Source: Geopsychrobacteraceae bacterium
GTDB lineage: Bacteria; Desulfobacterota; Desulfuromonadia; Desulfuromonadales; Geopsychrobacteraceae
Reading direction: 5' to 3'
Assembly: GCA_963662315.1 (NCBI GenBank)
Contig: OY759353.1
Coordinates: forward strand, 2,784,001-2,848,000
DNA length: 64,000 nt
Part shown: positions 52,955-61,782 of the stretch, piece by piece
Position numbering within the stretch: position 1 is the first letter of the stretch
How the letters are laid out: the number at the start of each line of letters is the position of its first letter
The notes under the pieces: model-generated
What the model was told of the DNA's origin: nothing
Seen by the model: the letters and a program-made list of their open reading frames with translations, nothing else
Database searches by the model: none
Translations under genes and position numbers: made by a program

Positions 52955-53099
52955 GGCCCCTCCTCCATTGTCAGATATAAATTTTTATTCCACACTTTCC
53001 TATGGTAATATAAACTGTATATCACGCAAGGTGAATTTTCAGAAATATGTCAGAAAGATCTGATATTAATAGAGAATTGACGATTTTTATAAGAACCGA

Positions 53100-53143
53100 C
53101 TGTGTTATAACACAGCCAATACCACGTATATTACATGTTAGGT
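53100..53143 (+). other. attI region; core site GTTAGGT at 53137-53143
   Basis: Core is the exact complement of the first attC inverse core ACCTAAC. Confidence 0.8.
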
Positions 53144-53160
53144 GCAAAGGAGGGTACATT

Positions 53161-53640
53161 ATGACTTTAGGAAAACATCTCGGGAATTGCGATGAATTGT
53201 GGAAGGAAACTCGGGATTTACTTGCCGAAGAAAATCTAACAAACATCCAGTCAGATATTCAAGAACTTGGTGATAAATGGGATTCCTGGAAAGACAAAAA
53301 TGAAAAAACAATTATCGATTTCTGCCTAGCAACTTCAAAGCAAAAAGCCGAGATTTTGAATAAATGTAATAACGAAGAAACAAGGGGAAGAATTCTATTT
53401 GCAGCCCTTCAGAAACACACTGATGGTATCAATCTGCTGCTAACATTAAAATTATATGGAATTGAGGACCCTCTTTCTCAAGGTTCAGCACAGTTGCTTG
53501 AAACTGCTGGTTCCGCACTAGATAGTCTTCTTAGACTACAATATTTATCTGAACCAAATGACATTTTCTCTTTCGACCTTAGCTCACCGCTAGAATCAGC
53601 AGAAGCACAATTAAAAAAGCTGTCTACCCAAAGCACCTAA
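53161..53640 (+). CDS. Cassette 1: hypothetical protein (159 aa)
   Basis: AGGAGG RBS; stop lies in the attC inverse core. Confidence 0.85.
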   Translation: MTLGKHLGNCDELWKETRDLLAEENLTNIQSDIQELGDKWDSWKDKNEKTIIDFCLATSKQKAEILNKCNNEETRGRILFAALQKHTDGINLLLTLKLYGIEDPLSQGSAQLLETAGSALDSLLRLQYLSEPNDIFSFDLSSPLESAEAQLKKLSTQST

Positions 53641-53738
53641 CCATGAAATCAAGCCGACGGTTGATAGCTCTGCGGTTTTCGTAAAGCTTTCTACAATTTG
53701 TAATGGCACTACGCCGCGGCTTATCAACACCGTTAGAT
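53635..53738 (+). other. attC site 1
   Basis: ACCTAAC...TCAAGCCG...CGGCTTAT...GTTAGAT. Confidence 0.9.
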
Positions 53739-53827
53739 GCGTGGCGAATGCGCTACGGACATATAACATATTGATTTCACAGATATTATCTAGACATATG
53801 CATGTGTGAATTTGCGCAAATTGTCTA

Positions 53828-53915
53828 TTCATGATATTTGACGAAGCAGGACCGTAGAAACAAGATAACATGCGTTCATCTGGATTTCTACGGTCCTGCT
53901 TCGTGACGTCATGAA
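53828..53915. ncRNA. Candidate structured RNA/hairpin in ORF-less cassette 2
   Basis: 20-bp perfect inverted repeat 53841-53860 / 53885-53904, flanked by TTCATGA/TCATGAA. Confidence 0.4.
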
Positions 53916-53999
53916 ACAATCAGCATCCGGATCAAAATCGATTTATTTCAATATAGTCAGTAGCTTAAATAGCGTTACCCTGGAAGCAGCAGTGCTGGC

Positions 54000-54108
54000 A
54001 TCTAACAAAGTCGTTCAAGCAGACTCTGGTAGCGGCAGGCGAAGCCAGAAAACCATTGGCTACAAGCCAAGGCAGCATACCGACGCTGCTTAACTCCACC
54101 CGTTAGAA
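54000..54108 (+). other. attC site 2
   Basis: ATCTAAC...TTCAAGCAG...CTGCTTAA...GTTAGAA. Confidence 0.9.
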
Positions 54109-54124
54109 GGAGAGAAGAAATTTC

Positions 54125-54919
54125 ATGGGCAAGGAATTAAGAAGAATTAAAAGCCGAAAAAAAGCCCTTGAAAGACTCGACGACCTTGGGAAAAGAAGCG
54201 AAACCGTTTTAGTCATTCACTACTCCTGTGAAAGTTTCTACGATACAACTGAAGGACAAACTCCACGCGTTACCTCAATCGCGGTCAGAAATCTTCAGTC
54301 CGGTCAAACAGAATCCTTTTCCATACACAAAATTGCCGAACAAACACGCGTTCCATTTGATGAAATTGACAGTAATTATGACGAACTAGAAAGAGCAATG
54401 CTCGATGAGTATTTTGAATTCGTAAGAACACGACAAGGGTACATTTGGGTTCATTGGAATATGCGCGATATCAATTATGGTTTTATCGCCATTGAGCATA
54501 GATATCGGGCACTCGGGGGCAACCCAATTCAAATTGAAGAATCAAAAAAATTTGATTTAGCGCGTGAGTTAATTTCAATTTATGGGGTTGGTTATGCAGG
54601 CCACCCTCGCCTCCAAAGCATTGTGCAGAAAAATAAAATAGCAAACCGAGATTTTCTCTCAGGCCAAGAGGAGGCCGAGGCCTTTCAAGGTAAAGAATAC
54701 CTACGCCTCCACCAATCAACCCTGAGAAAGGTTGATATTATGGCAAACCTCTTTGAGCGAGCAGCGGATAGAACCCTCAAAACCAATTCTACTTGGCAAG
54801 AAGTTTACGGTGTAAGCCCCAAGGTTATTGTTGAACTTATAAATGAGCATTGGATTACTTCGTTGTTAATCTTGATAGGGTTGCTCATTACACTCACATC
54901 ACCTTTTTGGGGTAAATGA
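54125..54919 (+). CDS. Cassette 3: possible RNase H/DnaQ-fold protein with C-terminal TM helix
   Basis: VIHYSCE, HWN...YGF, FDL pattern reminiscent of exonuclease motifs; hydrophobic C-terminus. Confidence 0.6.
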   Translation: MGKELRRIKSRKKALERLDDLGKRSETVLVIHYSCESFYDTTEGQTPRVTSIAVRNLQSGQTESFSIHKIAEQTRVPFDEIDSNYDELERAMLDEYFEFVRTRQGYIWVHWNMRDINYGFIAIEHRYRALGGNPIQIEESKKFDLARELISIYGVGYAGHPRLQSIVQKNKIANRDFLSGQEEAEAFQGKEYLRLHQSTLRKVDIMANLFERAADRTLKTNSTWQEVYGVSPKVIVELINEHWITSLLILIGLLITLTSPFWGK

Positions 54920-54933
54920 AAATCCTTCTAACA

Positions 54934-56587
54934 CTTATCAGGCCCCCGGCCGTCAAGGGTAAAGAATAGCGTTAACGCAAAAGATTCACCTTTTCGTTCT
55001 TTGACAAGCGACTGATCTACTAAGCAGCCATCCGGTTTCTGACTTGGGCTTTTAACGGGCTGCAGTGACGATCCTGCTCCCAAACACTTATCGAGGCTCT
55101 TTACACAGGGCCCGGATCTTTGGTTGCATCCTATTGCCCTGCCACCTGGAAACACGTACGGACCCTGGTGCCGTTCCAGTCAAAAAGGCGGGCTTCATCT
55201 GTTGTGCTGATGATCCCAGTTAGTTACGGAATCGGGTCAGGGGCAGAACCGGCGCGGGCCGTGTTCGACCATCGCGCAAATATTGTGGGAGCGAGACGAA
55301 CCTCCAATCAAACGCAAGCAGCTGAATGAAGTGTCATAATCACCGAGCCTTGATGCGGGCTTTTCATCCCAGAAGAGTCTTCCATCGGCCCGTAAACGAT
55401 CTTGCTTGCCGGATTTCGCCAGTTAGACGGTCAGGCTGATCCGCCTCCTCCCGATCAGGTGCGCAGGAATAACTCCTGATTGAAAGGCACCTGATTTTTC
55501 AGCATGTAATAAACCGAGCGGCCAAGACGAGCGGAAAGAATCGCCAATGCTTTGCCTTTGCCGTGACGACTGGCCATTTTCTGTAGCACCTGTTGCAAGG
55601 GTTTGTTCCCTTTGAGCATCAGGATGACAGCCTCGCCAAAGGCCCAGCGTAAGTGAGCGTTGCCAATTCGTTTACCGCTGTGTCCGTAAGATTTACCGTT
55701 TGACTCCTTGGCCGGTTTGACCAGTCGACAATAAGAAACAAAATCCTGTACGCGGGGGAAACGTGCAATGTCCTCAATTTCGTAGAGCATGATCATCGAC
55801 AGAATGCGACCGACGCCGGGAATAGATTTCAAGAGCGATAAACTGATTGGATCGTGACTCATGGCCACTTTTTCCAGTTGCCGTTCCAAGACCCCGAGAA
55901 GCTGATCATAGTGTTCAATGGTTGCCAGATCAATTTCGATCATGCCCCGGACAATGGGATCTTTGAACTTTTGCGGCAACCCTTCACGGCGACTCGGCTT
56001 AGCGACATAGCCCAACGGCTCAGGCAGGTTATATTGCGAGGCCGTATTCTGAATATGGGCGATCAGTTCACCACGTTTTCGGGCTAAATGGTTACGCCGT
56101 CTGAGTAGATCGCGTGTGGCCCGCATCTTTTTGGGATAAGTGTAAGCCAGCGGAAAGGTGCCGCCGCGCAGTAAGACAGCAATCTTGTGGGAATAGATCT
56201 TATCGTTCTTGGCTTTGCCTCCATGAATGGCGCGCATGTAGAGCGCATGCCCAAGGACAAAAGGAATGTCTTCGTCAGCACAGAGATCGGCCAGCCAGTA
56301 CCAGGTAAACATGCACTCGCAGCCGACCACCAGGCCATCACGGTAAGGCTTGATCAGTCGCAAGAAAGATTTTGGTTTGGTCGGGATGTTATTATGAACA
56401 ACAATGTCACCGACTGAATTCAGAATGCAGACATACATGGCATCGGCATGCAGATCGATACCACAGTAAAACTGATGCTGTTTCGTGTAAAATCTCATGG
56501 TGCAGGCTCCTTTCTTTGAGGGTTAGGTATATTCTCAAAGGATAGCGGATGGTCCGCTATCTATGGAGGGGGCCTGCACTAGTATCA
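54934..56587 (-). mobile_element. IS110-family element targeting attC
   Basis: Ends defined by the second copy; CA dinucleotide at both junctions; 520 bp non-coding end. Confidence 0.93.
55455..56498 (-). CDS. IS110-family recombinase/transposase
   Basis: GIDLH, CE, KNDKIY (fourth Asp replaced by Tyr), SIPGVG, ESNG, GNAHLR. Confidence 0.95.
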   Translation of the reverse strand: MRFYTKQHQFYCGIDLHADAMYVCILNSVGDIVVHNNIPTKPKSFLRLIKPYRDGLVVGCECMFTWYWLADLCADEDIPFVLGHALYMRAIHGGKAKNDKIYSHKIAVLLRGGTFPLAYTYPKKMRATRDLLRRRNHLARKRGELIAHIQNTASQYNLPEPLGYVAKPSRREGLPQKFKDPIVRGMIEIDLATIEHYDQLLGVLERQLEKVAMSHDPISLSLLKSIPGVGRILSMIMLYEIEDIARFPRVQDFVSYCRLVKPAKESNGKSYGHSGKRIGNAHLRWAFGEAVILMLKGNKPLQQVLQKMASRHGKGKALAILSARLGRSVYYMLKNQVPFNQELFLRT

Positions 56588-56708
56588 AACTAATCAACCG
56601 GACGGAAAATACTTCTGCGCAAAATTGAAAAACAAAATCTAAAATTGCGGTGGTCGGCAAGCAGTTCGTCGCCGCCGGTTATCATGAACCGTTATAAGGC
56701 CATGTGAC

Positions 56709-57077
56709 ATGAGCGTTTCCATCTATTACAAAGTTGTTCGGGCCGCACCGCTGACAGACGCCGAAAGGAAAACCATCGACGGGTTGGTGGAAAAATACTC
56801 AGTAGATAACGACATTGAGGAATATCTGAAAACTGGGCAAGGACTCAACTGGGAGTCTTTCAGTTTTTCTGACCCCGTCGAACCTAAAGTTGTTCTCGCT
56901 GGCTCCACCGCGCTCCCAAACAACACAGAAGACGCTACTTGGATAGGGGTCCAACACTGGTGCAAACTTCTAAGTGAAATTCGACGGGTAATTCCAAACG
57001 CCATCTGGAACGTTCATGTTGAAGATCATGAAATGCAGTGGGACTCCAAGGCGTTGGCCTATGACCCAAGCAAATAA
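56709..57077 (+). CDS. Cassette 4: hypothetical protein (122 aa)
   Basis: ORF fills the space between two attC sites. Confidence 0.85.
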   Translation: MSVSIYYKVVRAAPLTDAERKTIDGLVEKYSVDNDIEEYLKTGQGLNWESFSFSDPVEPKVVLAGSTALPNNTEDATWIGVQHWCKLLSEIRRVIPNAIWNVHVEDHEMQWDSKALAYDPSK

Positions 57078-57082
57078 TGGCC

Positions 57083-57161
57083 TTATAACACGTCGCTCAA
57101 GCCGACTCGCTACGTCGGCGCTGCGCGCCGCCTCCGCTCGCGGCTTAGCTCTGCGTTGGGT
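57083..57161 (+). other. attC site 4
   Basis: TTATAAC...CTCAAGCCG...CGGCTTAG...GTTGGGT. Confidence 0.92.
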
Positions 57162-57165
57162 TGAA

Positions 57166-57594
57166 ATGAATATTGAGGAATTGAAAATTAAATCCGAGCG
57201 TGGGAGCACAGTTGCCCAAGGAATTCTTGGAGCAATGTACCTTCATGGATACGAAGTAGAAATAAACTACGAAGAAGCATTTCGACTCTTAACTCTCTCA
57301 GCAGAAAAAGGGGCAGCCCGTTCCCTTTGGAATCTCGGAACAATGTATGAAAAAGGTCTTGGTACAAAGCAAGACCTTTCGAGAGCAAGAGAGCTTTACC
57401 GTCGCGCAACAGAACGTGGCGAAGCTTTAGCTGGGGTTTATTTTGCGCGAATGTACGTCAATGGAATTGGCGGCCCGGTGGACAATGAATCTGCTTTGCG
57501 TGGCTATAAATTGGCTGCGAATCAAGCAAGCCAAATGGAGCCGTGTGAAGAAATATCAGAGGCATTGCAGTACGTAAAAGAGAACGAAAAGTAA
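57166..57594 (+). CDS. Cassette 5: Sel1-like repeat protein
   Basis: LGAMYLHGY, LGTMYEKGLG, MYVNGIG repeats. Confidence 0.9.
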   Translation: MNIEELKIKSERGSTVAQGILGAMYLHGYEVEINYEEAFRLLTLSAEKGAARSLWNLGTMYEKGLGTKQDLSRARELYRRATERGEALAGVYFARMYVNGIGGPVDNESALRGYKLAANQASQMEPCEEISEALQYVKENEK

Positions 57595-57597
57595 GCA

Positions 57598-57670
57598 ACC
57601 CAACCAAGGGCTCCAGCGGATTTGCTCCACGCTGCGCGTTCCGCAAACGCGCTGAGCCCAAACGTTAGAT
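57598..57670 (+). other. attC site 5
   Basis: ACCCAAC...CTCCAGCG...CGCTGAG...GTTAGAT. Confidence 0.92.
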
Positions 57671-57689
57671 GCTAGCAGGATTGTCCATC

Positions 57690-58189
57690 GTGACCCCAGT
57701 CATCGTTATTGCAGTTATCTCGTTGGTGCTGTCCGTGATCTCCACCGGAATAGCGGTTGCGAGCTTTCGACGTTTCAGTCCCATGACTACGCAGCTCGCC
57801 TGCAACTGGAAGATGAAAAAATCCAAGGTGGCAGTGGTCCCGAGGCCTTCCATTACTCCGCTGTGCTAGCTAACGTAGGTATAAAACCTGTAGAGGTCCG
57901 TGCCATATACATCGATTATGGTGGTGAATCGGATGGAGCCTATTATAAGTTCCATATCGAAGGGTTGTTTCATCTTCCACCAAACGGCAAGCGAAGTATT
58001 CAATTCTCTGTATCCAGGCACGACTACGAGAGTGCACTTAGCAAGTTCAACTTGGATCAGTGCGTTTTTCGCCTGCGGGTGTGCTTTGTAAATGCTACTG
58101 GAGGTCACGTGGAGGCAACGCGCAACCTTATGGGTCTGGGTCCCGGAAAGACCACCGCATACGCACAGCGCGGGGATGCGCTCGCGTGA
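57690..58189 (+). pseudogene. Cassette 6: frameshifted membrane-anchored hypothetical protein
   Basis: TM-encoding frame and an open -1 frame overlap around 57770. Confidence 0.6.
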
Positions 58190-58195
58190 GCTGGC

Positions 58196-58253
58196 ATCTA
58201 ACGTGTCAATCCAGCGGACGCCGTACCGGCGCCGCTGATTTCCAGCGTTATGC
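58196..58253 (+). other. attC site 6
   Basis: ATCTAAC...ATCCAGCGG...CCGCTGAT...GTTATGC. Confidence 0.92.
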
Positions 58254-58582
58254 GCCATGAGAATCCTGCTTACTATTCTTTCGTTGTTGTTTTCCCTGGT
58301 CGCTGGAGCACAGAACATGACGACGCCAAAGGCTGAGTGCGAAAACCTTATGAACGCAGCCCTCCCATTTGCAGAGCAAATGCTTCAGAAGCACGGCGAG
58401 TTCTTTCCTTACGGTGCCGCACTCAAAGCAAACGGCGAAATTGCGAGCGTGGCAGGCTACGATGGCCGCGAGCACCCGCCATCCAACGACATCATTCGCC
58501 TGCTCAAGGAAGGGTTTGTTAAGGGAGCAAACTCAGGAGAGTACAAAGCTGACCTCGGTCGTCAATAGCGGATACCAAAATA

Positions 58583-59362
58583 TTAAGCGACTAACCGCTC
58601 TTTGAAATATTGTTGTTCATAGGCTGCAGGCGAAAGATACCCCAGCCTCCTTTGTTTCCGTTTCCGGTTGTAGAAGACTTCGATGTATGTCGTGATCTCC
58701 CGCATTGCTTCCTGTCTGGTTGCATATCGACGGTGATGCACGAGTTCGTTTTTTAAAACACCCCAGAAGCTTTCAATCGGCGCGTTATCGAAGCAGTTGC
58801 CTCGACGGCTCATTGAGGTTCGCATCTTGAATTGATCAAGAAGTTTGCGAAACTCCCTTGCGCAGTACTGGCTGCCGCGATCTGAATGATGGATCAAACC
58901 AGCAGCAGGCCTCTTGGCCGCAACCGCGCGAAATAACGATTGGGAGACGAGATTCTTCGTCATTCGCTCTCCCATGGCGTAGCCCACGACTTCTCCGGTA
59001 TAGAGATCCTTATGACCGGCGAGATACAGCCAACCTTCGGCTGTGGGGATATATGTTATGTCGGTCACCCAGACCTGATTCGGAGCGTCCGTGGTAAAAT
59101 CCTGATCCAGCAGGTTCTCTGCAACCGGTAACTTGTGGTTCGAGTTTGTGGTTGCCTTGAACTTCTTGATCTGCTTGCAGCGCAGGCCCAGTTTTCTGCG
59201 AATTCGCTTGATCCGGTGAACACCGACATGAACGTCGTGATCAGCAAGCTCTTCTTGTAGGCGCTCTGGGCCGTAGGTTTCTTCTGTTCTTTTATGAGCC
59301 GCAATGATTTCGAGTTCGAGCCGTTTTTCTTCTTTTTGCCGGGGAGAGTTTGGCCGTTTCAA
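58583..59362 (-). CDS. IS3 OrfB DDE transposase (frame extends upstream to the frameshift region)
   Basis: WVTDITY, HSDRGSQY, DNAPIESF. Confidence 0.96.
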   Translation of the reverse strand: MKRPNSPRQKEEKRLELEIIAAHKRTEETYGPERLQEELADHDVHVGVHRIKRIRRKLGLRCKQIKKFKATTNSNHKLPVAENLLDQDFTTDAPNQVWVTDITYIPTAEGWLYLAGHKDLYTGEVVGYAMGERMTKNLVSQSLFRAVAAKRPAAGLIHHSDRGSQYCAREFRKLLDQFKMRTSMSRRGNCFDNAPIESFWGVLKNELVHHRRYATRQEAMREITTYIEVFYNRKRKQRRLGYLSPAAYEQQYFKERLVA

Positions 59363-59442
59363 CCAGGCGTAATAGCCGCTCGTAGAAACCTCCAGAACCC
59401 GGCATAGTAGAGGAACCGGATAATTCGATCGAAACTGTTTTA

Positions 59443-59757
59443 TCAGCGCGTACCGGGCAGCGACTCCGTGGCAAAGTACGCGGCGGCTTTTTTTAAGATA
59501 TCTCGCTCCTGTTTGACCTGAGATAACTCTCGTTTGACGCGAGCGAGCTCTTGTTCAACCTCGGTCAAAGGGCGCTGCTGACTGCCGATATCGCCAAGCT
59601 TCCCGGCCTTGTGAGCTCTGACCCAGCTTTCAAGGGTGGATTTTGGTAAGGAGAGTTGCCGTGCCGCTTCATATGCAGTCAGTCCCCCCTCTATCACCAT
59701 TTTCACGGCTTCGTTGCGAAACTCTTTCGAATAACGACCGTTTGATCTTTTTGCCAT
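59443..59757 (-). CDS. IS3 OrfA
   Basis: YSKEFR HTH, ERDILKKA with A7G slippery motif. Confidence 0.95.
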   Translation of the reverse strand: MAKRSNGRYSKEFRNEAVKMVIEGGLTAYEAARQLSLPKSTLESWVRAHKAGKLGDIGSQQRPLTEVEQELARVKRELSQVKQERDILKKAAAYFATESLPGTR

Positions 59758-60020
59758 TGTGACACCTCCGTTCGGGAAAGATTGTAAACTTTGGTGTCCG
59801 ATATTTTCAACCTAGCTCAAGCCACTGCTTTGGTTTACGACGTGAGGGTCGTCTTGCCTTCAACAGGCAAGAAGTCTGACGCCATCGCCGTGTCTCTCAA
59901 TCACCGTGACAATTATTCGGTGACTGTCTTCTTCCCGTATCAGTTGTCTAATGGCCAACTGTCTTTGGGTGATGTTTTCGCACAGAAGGGAGAGGCAGAT
60001 GTTTTCTCTTCCCGATAAGC

Positions 60021-60090
60021 GCATAACCAGCCGTTCCAGCGGACCAGCAAAAGCTACGCTTTTACCGTCCGCTGAACTCCAACGTTAAGC
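60021..60090 (+). other. attC site 7
   Basis: GCATAAC...TTCCAGCGGAC...GTCCGCTGAA...GTTAAGC. Confidence 0.93.
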
Positions 60091-60104
60091 CTCTAAATTA
60101 AAAA

Positions 60105-60713
60105 ATGACAGAAATCGACTATAGTCAATACAATTTACAAGAACTGTATGAAGCTCGGTTCAACGTAAATATGCAAAAATATCCCCGTAATGCGGAATTG
60201 ATTGAGCATTGGATCAAAGTACGTGAAGGAGAAATTCCCCCCGAACCCCCAGAGCCGGAACGGATTATTGACTCCATTCCTGAATTAGAAGATACAACTG
60301 ATCCAATTCAAAAAAAGCCAGCAGCACCTGAATATATTCAATATAGTAACTCCACCAAAACGTTCACCTCCCCAAGAGGTCGAATTGGGCGGTCGACATA
60401 CTGGATGGGCAACTTTGCATTGGCTTTTATGACGCTTGCAGGAAAGCGCCTAATTATGCCTGTAAACGTTAAGCTCTACCTTGGTGTTAGTGTGGCATTG
60501 ATTATCCCAGCACTTATGTTGGCCATCAAGCGTTCCCACGACAGAAATAAATCAGGTTGGTTTACTATACTGTTTTTTGTTCCTATCGTTTCATTCTGGC
60601 CAATGGTTGAATTAGGTTTTTTAAAAGGAACAACTGGCACGAATAAATATGGTAACGACCCATTATCGCGCGGGAAAAGGCTTAACACCAGAATCAACGC
60701 GGACGGAAATTAA
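60105..60713 (+). CDS. Cassette 8: DUF805 membrane protein
   Basis: GRIGRSTYW, KRSHDRNKSGW, GTNKYG.DP. Confidence 0.88.
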   Translation: MTEIDYSQYNLQELYEARFNVNMQKYPRNAELIEHWIKVREGEIPPEPPEPERIIDSIPELEDTTDPIQKKPAAPEYIQYSNSTKTFTSPRGRIGRSTYWMGNFALAFMTLAGKRLIMPVNVKLYLGVSVALIIPALMLAIKRSHDRNKSGWFTILFFVPIVSFWPMVELGFLKGTTGTNKYGNDPLSRGKRLNTRINADGN

Positions 60714-60786
60714 CTGCGCAAATATTCGTAAACTTCGGTGGTAAACGCAACTTCGCGTCGCCGCCGGTTATTCAAAACCGTTAACT
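60680..60786 (+). other. attC site 8
   Basis: GCTTAAC-ACCAGA-ATCAAC...GGTTAT...GTTAACT. Confidence 0.9.
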
Positions 60787-60797
60787 TAAAGAAAAAA

Positions 60798-61298
60798 ATG
60801 AAATCAGAATTTAGTCATCACTTTAGCCATGATTGGGTAACGCAATACGAAAGAATGCACAGGTGGTCAAAAAGAGCCCTTCTTGCACTCAAAAAGAATG
60901 AATTATCTGAAGAAGACCTTGATGACATTTACGCATTTTTTATAGCTGCATTCAGTATTAGAGATTGGGTTAAAAACTCATCGGAAATTCAAATACAAGA
61001 CTTTGATCAGAATCTACATTCTTTTAAGTTTTGGGGGCTATGCCGTGATATGGCAAATGGTCTTAAACATTTTGAACTTAATAGTCCAAGTTATGATCCA
61101 AATTTCACAATTTGGTGCGCCAACACCAGTGGTAACTCAAAAATTGTTAAAGAGTATTGGTATATTCTTGCAGGAAACAAATTACACTCAATGCAGAACG
61201 TTGTTGAATCCACCACAGATTTCTTAACAAAACTACTAAAACCCTATAAAGATAGTAATCCTATAATCCCAAAATTAAGAAGAGAAAATAGAAGTTAA
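60798..61298 (+). CDS. Cassette 9: hypothetical protein, possible HEPN-like
   Basis: Helical protein with IRDW and RDMANGLKH motifs. Confidence 0.65.
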   Translation: MKSEFSHHFSHDWVTQYERMHRWSKRALLALKKNELSEEDLDDIYAFFIAAFSIRDWVKNSSEIQIQDFDQNLHSFKFWGLCRDMANGLKHFELNSPSYDPNFTIWCANTSGNSKIVKEYWYILAGNKLHSMQNVVESTTDFLTKLLKPYKDSNPIIPKLRRENRS

Positions 61299-61369
61299 CC
61301 AATCGTTTAACACCGTTCGCTTTGCTCACTCGGACGGCGTGAACGCCGCCGGTTAACTCAACGTTATAT
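61293..61369 (+). other. attC site 9
   Basis: AGTTAAC...TTTAAC...GGTTAA...GTTATAT. Confidence 0.9.
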
Positions 61370-61378
61370 GGAGAAAAA

Positions 61379-61777
61379 TTGAAAAAGCTAAAATTAATAA
61401 ATGAGTCTAATCAAAAATATAGGTACCAACTTCAAAATGGCAAGCGCATAACAATAGACGTTTCAGATGATTCCCATATTTTGATCACTGACGAAAATAA
61501 TGATGAAATTGGAAAGTTTGAACTGTCTTATAAAGACAATGGAATGCATTACAGCCAAGACAATTACTACATCACTTGGATGTATCTCGACTTAAAAAAC
61601 AGCGAATACACTCACCAAGGAATTGGTAGGCAAGCACTAATTCTTTTCAAGGAAAACTATGGGTTACCAATCACTGCCGCCAGTAACGACGGCATAAGAA
61701 GAGATGACGGAAGCCACCTCACTGGAGATGCTCCTGGTTTTGTTGGAAAGATGCGTGAAGAAGGAATAATAGACTAA
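61379..61777 (+). CDS. Cassette 10: GNAT-like protein
   Basis: YTHQGIGR resembles acetyl-CoA motif A; GGAG RBS before TTG. Confidence 0.65.
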   Translation: MKKLKLINESNQKYRYQLQNGKRITIDVSDDSHILITDENNDEIGKFELSYKDNGMHYSQDNYYITWMYLDLKNSEYTHQGIGRQALILFKENYGLPITAASNDGIRRDDGSHLTGDAPGFVGKMREEGIID

Positions 61778-61782
61778 AATCC

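Larger units (their letters stand above)
54926..56697 (+). other. attC site 3, split by IS110 (54926-54933 plus 56588-56697)
   Basis: Rejoined site TTCTAAC-AAACTA-ATCAAC...GGTTAT...GTTATAA has the same spacing as intact attC8. Confidence 0.88.
58550..59819 (-). mobile_element. IS3-family insertion sequence (1270 bp)
   Basis: TG...CA ends, 24/32 imperfect IR, 3-bp AGC target duplication. Confidence 0.97.
58257..60018 (+). pseudogene. Cassette 7: exported hypothetical protein (162 aa) interrupted by IS3
   Basis: Removing 58550-59822 restores the frame ...EYKATALVYDV... Confidence 0.92.

Noticed and set aside
53047..53160. Upstream extension of the cassette 1 ORF (also 57016-57165 and 60738-60797)
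   Set aside because: These run through attI or attC sites; internal ATGs within the cassettes are the better starts
53828..53915. Retron msr-msd reading of the cassette 2 hairpin
   Set aside because: No reverse transcriptase in the window and no clear a1/a2 repeats or branching G
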